From Callorhinchus milii (taxonomy: Eukaryota), in the NCBI RefSeq assembly GCF_018977255.1, contig NW_024704742.1, positions 23,686,001 to 23,750,000 on the forward strand: a stretch of 64,000 bases of DNA, read 5' to 3'. Position 1 is the first letter of the stretch, and each line of letters starts with the position of its first letter. The notes beneath the pieces are model-generated. The model did not search any database, was not told the origin of the DNA, and saw only the letters and a list, made by a program, of their open reading frames with translations. Position numbers and translations under genes: made by a program. Shown here piece after piece: positions 48,101 through 60,100 of the stretch.

Positions 48101-51100
48101 GAGCGGGCAGGTTGGTAGGGAGTCAGCAGGTCAGAGAAGTAGGAGGGGTCAAGGCCATGGATGGCCTTGAAAGTGAGGACAAGGATCTTGAACTCGATCC
48201 TCTGGGGGATGGGGAGCCAGTGGAGTTGGGCAAGGGTGTGAGTGATGGGGTCACGGAGCCTGGTGCGTGAGAGTACATGAGCTGTGGAGTTTTGGATGAT
48301 CTGCAGCTTGTGAAGGGAAGAGTTGGGAAGGCCGATGAGGAGGGAGTTTCCATAATTGAGCCTTGATGTGACGAATGCGTTGATAAGGGTTTCGGCATCC
48401 TGAGGGGTGAGGCACTGACGAAGTCTGGCAATGTTGCAGAGGTGGTGGTAGGCAGTGCCGGTCGTGTCTCGGATGTGGGGGAGAAACAGCTAAGATGAGT
48501 AGTAAATCCGAGGATTGGGAGAACTTTAGGTATCAACAAAGGAAAATCAAAAAGTGATTAAGAGGGAGAAAATGGAATATGAGGGCAAACTAGTGAAGAA
48601 CATAAAGACAGACTGCAAGAGTTTTTATAAATATATAAAGAGGAAGAGGCTGTTAAAGGTAAATGTGGGTCCGCTACAGGTAGAGACGGGGGGGAATTAT
48701 AGTAGGGGACAAAGACATGGCAGAGTCATTAAACAAGTACTTTGCTACTGTCTTCACCTTAGAAGACACTGAAAACCTACCAAGAATAGAGGGGAACCAC
48801 GAAGACAATGTTGGCGAGCAACTTGGGGGAACTAATATTAGTAAAGAAATGGTTTTAGGTTAATTGTCAGGTCTTAAAACTGATAAATCTCCTGGACCTG
48901 ATGGCCTACATCCTAGGGTTTTAAAAGAAGTGGCTACTGAGATAGTGGATGGCTCATCTTTGATCTTCCAAAATTCTCTGGATTCTGGAACGGTTCCCAT
49001 TGATTGGAAGATTGCAAATGTAACACCACTATTTAAGAAGGGTGGGAGAGAAAAGATGGGGAACTATAGACCAGTTAGTCTGACATCAGTGGTAGGGAAA
49101 ATTCTTGAGTCCTTAATTAAAGATGTCGTTATGGGATTCCTGGAAGACCATAACAAGATTAGGCAGAGTCAACATGGCTTTACAAAAGGGAAGTCATGCT
49201 TAACTAATCTTTTAGAGTTTTTTGAAGATGTATCTAGCAAGTTAGATAGGGGGGAACCAGTAGATGTAGTATATTTAGATTTTAAAAAGGCATTTCACAA
49301 AGTGCCACACAAAAGGCTATTGCACAACGTTAAGGCCCACGGGATTAATAGGAACATATTAGCATGGATTGAAGAGTGGCTAATGGGTAGAAAACAGAGA
49401 GTAGGAATAAACGGGTCATTCTCGAATTGGCAGGATGCGACTAGTGGAGTGCCACAAGGATCAGTGCTTGGGCCTCAGCTATTTACAATTTACATCGATG
49501 ATCTAGACAAAGACATTGAATGTAACGTATCTAAATTTGTAGATGACACTCAACTAGGTGGGAGAGTAAGCTCTGAAAATATTGCAAAAAGATTGGAACG
49601 GGATACAGATAGTCTAAGGGAGTGGGCGAGTAGGTGGCAGATGGAATTTAATGTGGGGAAGTGTGACGTTATTCACCTTGGTAGAAAAAATAGAAAAACT
49701 GATTATTTTCTAGAGGGGGGGAGATTAGATAGTGTTAGTGTTCAGAGGGATTTGGGTGTCCTTGTACACCAGTCTCAAAACGTTAGTTTGCAAGTGCAGC
49801 AAGCAACTAAAGAGGCGAACGCCATGTTAGCGTTCATTGCAAAAGGTTTAGAGTACAAGAGTAGGGAAGTCTTGCTGCAACTGTATAGGGCCTTGGTGAG
49901 ACCTAGAGTATTGTGTGCAGTTTTGGTCTCCTTATTTAAAAAAGGACATACTTGCCCCAGAGAGCATGCAGCGTAGATTCACTCGGTTAGTTCCTGGGAT
50001 GAGGGGACTGACCTATGAGGATAGGCTGAATAAACTAGGGCTATATTCTCTAGAGTACAGAAGAATTAGGGGAGATCTTATTGAAACATATAAGATTCTT
50101 AAAAGGCTGGATAAAGTAGACACTGAGGGTCTGTTTCCCCTGGTAGGAGAATCTATAACCAGGGGTCACAGTCTTAAAATTAAGGGTTAGCCTTTTAGAA
50201 CAGAGTTAAGGAAACATTTCTTCACTCAGAGAGTAGTGAATTTATGGATATCACTACCCCAGAAGGCTGTAGATGCTCAGTCCTTGAACATCTTCAAGGA
50301 TGAGACTGATAGATTTTTAAAAAAAGAGGGATAAGGGGATAGGGCAGGTAATTAGAGTTAGGTCTGAAGATCAGCCATGATCTTATCAAATGGCAGGGCA
50401 GGCTCGAGGGGCCGAATGGCCTACTCCTGTTCCTAATTCTTATGTTCTTATGTTCTTAAAGGACAGTTCATGGTCAAATAAGACACCCAGGTTCCTGACT
50501 GGCTTAGTGAGGTTGAGTGTGCAGCCATGGATATTGATGCTGGCAGCGCCTGAGGTGCAATCCGGGCTGTCTGAGGGTGTTTAGCAGGGGTTGGCTGATG
50601 AATGGAGGTCACCTGCAGTCACCTGCTACCTGAAAGGCAGACAGTCTTTTGCCATATGTACTTCTGGTACAGTGCAGGTCTATAGTGTACCTATAGAGCC
50701 AAGGGTGCATTATAGCTAAACTGGGGAGCCTTATAACAGTAGCGCCCTGAAGCAAAGTGTGGAAACCTCCAAGTACTAAATACTTCACTATACATCTATC
50801 CCCCCATGACCATATTCAGGGCCGGGCCCATTGGAATGAGCCCTGCTCGAGAGCGGTTTCACTATGAATGCTGGTCTACTGTGAACCTCACTACACCAAA
50901 GGTACAGAACATCCAGTATCTGGTGCTAAAAAAAGGCCGATTCCCAGATCATCAGCCTGCCACTAATATCACATCCTATACACACGTACTTTTGCAGGAA
51001 ACACCACTGATGTCACTTTACAAGTGTTCTAAGAGTCCTGCCTGTACTTAGAATTGATTTGCATTTACGCATTACTGCACTGTGGTCCTAGTTTGCTCGC

Positions 51101-54100
51101 AATGGCGAGGCAGGTTGTAGGCGCCCTACATTATCGTGCTGGAATCGCAATGGATTACCATGTATTGATTGTACAGCGGGTGCCCAGGACTTGGACGAGG
51201 TGGGAGATCGGGCCGATTCTTCTGTAAGACTTGACTCTTCGATTGCTTCCTCCCGGGGCGACTCGGACTGGTTTTTCTAGCGTCGGTGTTGAATATTGCC
51301 AGTTCAGATGCAGAACGGCGGAGTGAGTTAGGTGCAGCTGCAATCTTTGGTGGGGGTGGCCTTGCCGGGCCCACTTTAGCCGTTGGACGACGAGCAGGAG
51401 GGACTTTGCCCGCAGGTGGCCTGTAGTGAGACAGCAGGAACAATAATCTGAAGGGAATGCGGGCAGGTCTTGTAAAGTTAAATGAAATGTAAACAAAGTT
51501 CTTGTTCTAAATTTCCTCTCAAACATGAATATTCATAACTGTGCTTCAGCGACTGCTCAGAGACGGTTCTTAAACCAACACATACATTTTCCAAATCAAG
51601 AATCTGGCACTTCCTGCTTCTAATATGCTGAAAATAGCCTTGCAGAGACTGACTATTAATCTTTATGGCAGAATAGGTAAAAATAGGAATTACAATGTTG
51701 CACTTCTAACCGTGAGGTCAAATACACATTGATTTATTACAGGGCTCCTTAATAAGGAAACCAGAGGTATGGCCCATTAATTTGGAGGAACTCAGTGTTG
51801 GTGCTATCTCCTTACACAGCAGAGTTCCTATAAGTTACATTATACACACACAATATATATAATATGTAAAAGAGAGAACATATATATCTATATATACACA
51901 CACACATACATACACACACACCCACACATTTAAATATGCATCCATCCATCCATCTATCATCATCAGCATAAATATATTAGGATGTTACCAGGAATGAATG
52001 GATACAGCTATCAAGAAAGACTGGACGGGTTGAAGCTTTTCTCTCGATCCGAGACAATTGATAGATTTATGAAGGATTCGATACAATGAATTTTGATAGG
52101 CTATTTCTAGTTAGCGAGTCCAAAGCAAAGGGCTATACCAGTAGCAGATCTACTAAAAAGGAGTTTAGGAAAATTTCTTTACACAGAGGATAATTTAGAA
52201 TGTGGAACTCACTACTAGAAGTTGTGGCTTGATGCAAAAAGCATCGGCATATTTGCATATACACAAAGAAGGGCACATAGAGGGGAAAAGGTGAGGGGAA
52301 TAGGAGACGTGGAAGCTTGTGTGGAGGATAAATGGTCACGGACTATTTGGGCCAAATGGCCCATTTCCGTGCTGCAACACTCTACATATTTCTATAAGTC
52401 AACGTGACTTCCAGTGACTAGAAGTATTCCCTCACTGTGGAATCCTGCTGGAAATCAATCGAATGTTATACCCCATGAGTCCACTGAGTCCGTTAGCCTT
52501 TGTATTTAAAAAAAGTTCATCTGACATACTAAATTCCTTATGCCTCGCTTACGGATCCTGGTGTCCATCTAAATTGTATGGATGAAGATGGTCAATCTAT
52601 TTCATAACCTTGAAGACATCCTCTATTCCAATGAGAACAAGCTCATATCTTTGCTCCCGTATTCTTAAAACACAGCTTCATCCAGATTACCTACCTCTGT
52701 ACTCTCCTATCGAAAAAAATGCTCTTCCTGACATTAAGCAACCCAAAATACCAGACGAGGCATGGCAAATTCTTACAAAGCAAGAGTACAACCTCTTTCA
52801 ATTTGTACTCTATGCCTCTGCTAATAATTTAGAATGAGTATCTAATGCTCTGTAAGCATTGGGCTGACATTGATTTATCCACAATAATCTCTAGACCTCT
52901 CTCCTGATATACCATGATTTCATTTAACAATTGCTCTTTTGGCTATTCCTCACACTTAATTATTTCACTTATTCCCATGAAACCATATATCCCACTTTTC
53001 AGATCTACTCTGAAGCACTAGCTTCAGCTTTTAGTTCAGTAATTCTCATATTGTACCTTAAACTGTCAAATCTGCAGGTACTCACCAAGGTTTGGTGTCA
53101 GGTGGTCCTGGCCCATCAGAAAGTTCCTGAAAAATAACAGCTTGCAGTTATACAATGGCTTTAACATAAAAAAATCTCTGAAAGAGATTTACAAATTCTA
53201 ATTAATAAGAATAATAAATAAATCTTGCATTTGATACAGCACCTTTCATAACATTTCAAAGTGCTTCAAATGATTTCATGTAAAGTGTGTGATTCATCAT
53301 TTTACTTGTGGCTGAGTACATTTTGCAGCGTAATTTACAAACAGTAATGTCCCACAAACAGCCATGAAACGAGTGACACATTTCATTTGAGGAATTGTTG
53401 GCCAGGACACTGAGAGAACCTCCCTTCTCTTTTCAAATATTAAGAGGGCTACACAGTCCTGTAATGGCAAGAAATTAGGACAAATTGTGAAGGATAAAGC
53501 CATAGCACTCAAGACTGTACTACTCATCTTTACCCATCCACATTATAGCACTGTTTCTTCTACAGATAGACACACTGTGTTCCTCCATTTGTTTGCTCCT
53601 TCACGTTGCAACAGCCGCCACTCTGAGCTTTCCTATTCTCTTGATCCTTCCAGTTTTTGCACAATTGGCCTTTTGTGCAGCAAATTATCCTCTTAATTCA
53701 AATACCTCCACCAAACTGAATCCGAACTTTAGCAAGCACCAGTGACATGGAAAATAGCCAGGGCTGCGTTTCGCCCACAAAATATACAGTCAATTCAATT
53801 TACAGTATATTCTGTGAGGCGCTTTGGGACGTATCAACGATGGGATAAGACGCTATATCAAATGCAAGCATTATTATCATCATCAATAATAAAGGACCAG
53901 GATTGCACAGATCAGATCTACACAAACTGCACAGCCAGAACCTAGAGGGTATGTAAGGTCAGAGGCACGGGACATTCCTATTGTAAGCTTGAATGCACAC
54001 TGATGTCATTGGTTGCTTTTTAACCCCCAGTAAATGAAGTAGATTCTCCTCCAACATCTCTCCCAATCTTCCTCCATCCCCCAAAAAACTGTGCACCTGC

Positions 54101-57100
54101 ATTTCGCAATCTCAAACAATTGTTTCAGTATCCCATGCCTGCAAACGTTTAAATCATCATGTTCAAAACTCCCACTAAACAACCAGGTGACTGCACTAAA
54201 AAAAAGCTTTTATTGAAGCTTGAGAATGTATAATCGCTTCCATATAGAGTATCCTGCTGGATACATTTTGGGGTTGGTAAGTTGGACTGTGCAATATAGC
54301 TATTTGTTGCTCCTACATCCAGATTATTCAATTTAAAACATGGCCTGTACTGAGATCATAGGAAAACAGGAGGAGACTATTTAATCCTCCAGCCTTTTCC
54401 ACCAGTTTATTTGATCTTGTCAGATCTTTTAATCTTAGTTACCTGCTCCTTCAATATCGTTACTGCCCATGTATTTGTGTCTCTCATTTAAACATAAATA
54501 ATAATAATCAAGTCGTCGAGACTTCTCAAAGCGCCGCACAGAATATACTGTATAGCGAATTGATTATTATTATTTCGTCACTTAATAATCCCCAATACTT
54601 CCACAGCTTTCTGGGGCAGAAAATGTCACACACTGCCAGCTTGTGTGTGAAGAAATTAACTGGCTCAGCCCAGCCTGGAGCTGTGATTGAAAAAGCCCGC
54701 TTACAGTGATATCACGTCAATTGATATTCACTCCCATGGTTACTTTTGTAGATACTTTATGTATAAAGAGAATGCAGAGAATCATCAAGAGAATAAAGAG
54801 AATTATTGGGGTCTAAATTACCATCACTGTGACACTGGCTACAATTTACTCTGTTATTGAATAAACCACTTATAGTGATCATCTAATGTGTCCACAGCAT
54901 CACATATTGTGTAAGGATTTGGGATGGCACAGGTAAAGCGGAGAGTTCTTCAATTCAGTCTCAGTTTGGAAGAACTGTGGCAAATCAATTTCCAAATCGA
55001 GACAGTTTGGGAATTTTCCAAGATTGAGGAATCTTGAATTTTCAGACAAAATGGTCTAATAGGCTAAGACTAGGTAGATAGGAACTTTTTATTTCGCAGA
55101 AGCTGAAGGTTTCATAGGCTGATCCCTAGTGTCAGAGGATTGAACTATGAAAAATGATTAGACAAGCTCTCCAGTCTTGAAAGGAATCATATCAGAGGGG
55201 ACCTTCTAAGATTTTGAATGGGATTGAGACAGTAAACTTAAGAGTTGCAAAGGGCAATATCAGAACAGATACCAGGAAGATTTCTGTACCCAGAGGGTAA
55301 TTAACAACTGGAACAGATTATCACAGGGGCGGGCAAAATACGGCCCGCAGGCCATATCCGGCCCACCAAATGATTCTATCCGGCACGTCATTGTGTCTAG
55401 CAATAGAAAAAATTATAGTTCGTTCAGTCCCAGAAAGTCTCACAAATTTCGCATTTGATTCAGACCGGGAACATCAGCCAATCACACTGCTTAGTTGTGC
55501 GCACGCTCCCTTAAGTGTTGAATCAGGCTGATGTCAGAAATGTACGGATCGGCAAATTTTCAAACACGCGCGGGTGGCAACCGCGGCAATACTTTTCATT
55601 GAAGAGGACGTTAATTCGAAATGAGTTTATCAAAGAAGCGGAAAGTGGACGCCGAAGGCCGAATATTCAACAAAGAATGGACTTCTAAATTTTTTTAAAA
55701 AGAACAGTGTGGGCAGAAAAACTGTGTGCTTAATTTGCAAAGAAAGTGTGGCAGTGCTCAAAAGCTACAACTTGAATCGCCATTTTGAGAGCAAACATGC
55801 TTGCGAATATAAGAACGATTCTGCCGAAGAAAAAGGAAAGAAAGCTGATGAGATGGTTGTTCGAATGCAAAAAGAGCAAACCATTTTCACAAAACAATTT
55901 GTGTCCCTGAATAAGTTTACAAGAGTGAGTTACGTGATGGCACACAAAATCGCCAAGAACAGCAAACCATTCTCTGAAGGAGAATTTATAAAGGAATATA
56001 TGGTTGACTCTGCCTCGATTTTACGCCCAGACAAGAAAAACCAGTTCAAGAACATTAGCTTATCAAAGCGAACTATTGTGAGATGTGTCGAGGATATCTC
56101 TGTATCTGCAGTTAAAAATAAAGTAATAAAGAATCTGCAGTTAAAAATAAAGTAAGCAATTTTGCATGTTTTTCCACTGGCACTCGATGAGAGTTGTGAT
56201 GTCAAAGACATAGCCCAGTTTTATTCAAGGCATCACCAAACATTTTGAGCTCACAGAAGAATTGGCATCAATGCAGTCAATGAAAGATACGACAACTGGA
56301 GAAGACTTTTTGGAGGCAGTAAATAAGTGTATCTTAAAATTAGGAGTGGAGTGGAAAAAATTGGTGAATGTGCCCAAATCTGACAGGCGAAAATGTTGGG
56401 TTACTGAAAAGAATTCAAGATCAACTCAAAGAAACAAATCCAGAACAGAATATTGTTTTCTACATTGCATTATCCACCAAGAGGTCCTCTGTAAGAGTGT
56501 TCTAAAACTAAGCAATGTCGTGGACACAGTTACGAAAGTGGTCAACTACATTCGAGCAAGAGGATTAAACCACAGGCAATTTTTAACTCTGCTTGAGGAA
56601 TTGGAATCCAGCACACGGATGTTCTGTATCACACAAATGTAAGATGGCTTAGTTTAGGAAAGAGCTTGAAAACAGGGGGGAACTGAGAACAGAGATTGAT
56701 TTATTTTTGGACATGAAACAAAAAGATTTGGATTTCCCACAGCTGAATGATGCGAATTGGCTCTCTGATTTCGCATTTGCAATTGATATCATGGGCCACA
56801 TGAATGAACTGAATTCAAAACTGCAACGGAAGGGGGCCTTTGTGCATGATTTGTATTGCAGTGTCATTTATGACGAAATAATTTCTTTTATCACGTCAGA
56901 TAGGAAGCAGGCTGTTCGCCCACTTTCCAACTTTGCAGCAGATTACTGTTTGCGATCAAAACCTTAAAAAGTATACTTTGTCACTACTTGACTTACATGC
57001 TGAATTTTCTTGCTGATTTCAGGATTTCAATTTGATCGAAATTAACCTGTCTTTGGTCTCTTCACCTTTCTCATTTGATGTTGAAAAAGTCCCATTTAAC

Positions 57101-60100
57101 CTCCAACTCGAGCTTATTGTTCTGCAATGTGATCCATTGCTTGCGGAACAATTCAAATCAGTGCCGCGTCCCAGTTTTTACACCTCTCTTAGTGAATATA
57201 CCTTTCCAAAAATAAAGGCTCATGCACGGAGGATGCTTGTGCTGTTTGGATCAACAAGCATATGCGAGGAGACATTTTCTGTGATGAAATTCAATAAATC
57301 AAAACATAGATCTGTGATGACCGATGACCACCTTGCAGCAGTACTCTGCATTGCAACAATGACTTCAATTGTCTGGTTAACGCAAATCAGGGCTTTCATT
57401 CTTCCCATTGAGTGAGCTTCTCACATTCTCATCAATATGTGAATAAATATCAAATAAACATCTGCTCAATGAGTTGGTTTTATTTAACCTAACTTTAATG
57501 AATGTCAATTATATAAGACTTTATTTTATGCATATACAAGTGTAAGACTTGATTTTGAGCTATTATTAAGCATTTGCACCTATGTTAAGTGTGTGGCCCG
57601 CGAAGCCCGCCAACCAAAATAATTGCCCACCCCTGGGTGATCAGGAAGTGTGGATGAGGTTAGGAGAGTGGACTCATTAAAAAAAATGCTGTGATGGTAG
57701 GACAATAGGTGGGTATTCTGGAAGGATGAGAACAAATGGGTCGAAGAGCTTTCTTCATCTAAATAGCTCTTGCGATATCTTCCAAATCAGAGTTATTGTT
57801 CCAAAAAGGTTTGACAATGAAAAACAGTGCTGCCTAAAGATATATTTCACCGTTTTAAATCTGCATTCGCTGGCTTGACTTTCCTGGTTTGATTTGAAGT
57901 AATGTTTTTGCATCTGCCCTATCTGCACAATATATTATAAACATACATATAACAATACGATCCCCTATTCCCCCTCCATTCACAACAGCAGCCTTCTTTT
58001 TAGACCCCACAACTTTATCTGCTCTAATCTTGCTCATCCCCTATGCCATGGGGATCAGTCTTGTTCTTTTCTGAACCAGAGCTTGTACTTTTATTCTCCT
58101 CTCCCCACGCCCGAGTGTCTGGGCTCACACATGAATGTCCGTTTGGGTGAGGCTAGTAAATCAGTGACTTTAGAGGAAAATAAAACACCAACGCTGTCAG
58201 ACTTGGAAAGGATATTGAAGATTTAGGAGGTTAAGTTCTTACCGTAACTGCAGTCTTATTCAGAACACTGGGCTTCCGGGCAGATAAATTACCAACGGGA
58301 GTCACCAGAGGTAGAGGGGGAGGTGGACTTAACGTGTCTTCTGAGGACACTGCAGAAAAGAACAAAGATGTCCCCCACAACATTACATAGATCACACTAT
58401 TTTTCAATAGTTTCAATCTTGTAGGAAAGCATTCGAGATTCTTTTCAATAGTTTTAAAATCAAATTTATAGCAAATCTGAATGCTATCCTACATTAGTCC
58501 AGAATTGCTTCACGGTGTAATCCTCATAAATTTGCATTACTCAGTCATGTTGACTACAGTAATTAGGTTTAGTGCATTCTGTAAGATTCATCCCGATCTA
58601 AGACAATAGAGGATAACAACGACGATGACAACTACATTTCTATAGCGCCTTTCATGTCGGGAGGACATAAACCCACAGACAAGATTAAGATTCGCTACTA
58701 TTTGTACCCGGAATTGCCCACACAGCAAGTTCAGAACCTTTACTGTGCCAAAGGAACACACCAATCTGAGGCCGAGTGCCTCTTCCAACAAAGAAGGAAT
58801 AAAATACTCAAGGAGAGACACTCTGGCTGCTATCTCATGACCAGCTCATGAGATGAACTGATTGATCGCTAGAAGCAGGTCTGTACTCTTGGACAGGGAT
58901 TTGTCTTGCGTCAGGAGCAGATTTAGAATGGAATGAAGACAACCATGCAGCTTAACAGGTCAAAGCACTGGTGGTAATAATAATACTTACATATAAACAT
59001 CTCAAAGTGCTTCACATAATGAGTACTTTGAAGTGCAGTAAAGTCAAAATTCAATGCCATCAATATTTTAAAGAAATGTTATTCAACTTGAACAATTGAG
59101 CTGGGTTGAGTCTCACTTAGCTGGAGATTAAAACCCTGAACTATGTGGTTCCAAGTGTGAGCTACCCAGGAGGATGAGAAAAATTTAAAGATAGGGGAAG
59201 ATTTTCTTTATTAAAAAAGCTAAAACTTGAGAATATACAACCAAAAACAATTAAGTTATATTTACCTGATTTGTTGGGTATTCGAATTACTGTGGGTTTA
59301 CGCACTGGAGGGGGTTGACCTGGTGTCGTGTCTATCCTTAGAGTTGCACCTCTGACCAATGTCTGAAAAGGATCTGTTCAAGATGCAAAGCAGAATATGG
59401 ACAATGTTTATAGGCAAACCCAAAATGTCACGATGTTAGTAATCATCCATGGATTAACCAAGCAACACTCCTCAACACTCATCATGTCACAGAGGCTGAG
59501 GTCAGGGAACAGGCCAAGTATTTGATATAGCTTCTACACCATATCGTTGCAGCATCACGGCCAACAACTTGCATTTATATATTGCCTTTCATCCAGGATA
59601 ACATTTCGGAGTGATGAACAGTGGCAGCGTTGGACCTGACGTGGGGTGAAAGGGTAGATGACTGAAGGAAATTCTTCGGGTGTGATTCGAAGAGTGGTAA
59701 AGAGGGGGCAAGGTAGATGGATTAAAGTAGCAAGTTCCAGAGTTGCAGGGCATAGTAGCTGAAGCCATGGCAGCCCTTGAGAGGAGCAGTGGAGTTAAGG
59801 GGGTATGTAGAAGGCCAAACAAAGGGCTAACACACACACACAGGACATGGGTGTGTGTCAATCAATACATATATGCACATGTGGCAGTGGGGACTCCCAT
59901 CAGTGCTTGTGTACACACACACACACACACACACACAGAGCAGGAATTAGATAATCAACAAGAATTCACTGACATTACCTACTGTCACTAATGAGGTCAC
60001 GTTATCCCCTGTTGGAGCTACAGGTAAATCATCATCAAAACTGATCAGGTCTTGCCCACTACTCGAGACATCTTGTAGGGAAGGCGCCTGCTGATTAGTT

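Noticed and set aside
48864..49976. 370-aa reverse transcriptase ORF as a domesticated or active gene
   Set aside because: It is a 5'-truncated CR1 with an upstream stop and frameshifts, and altered motifs (AFHK, FVDD).
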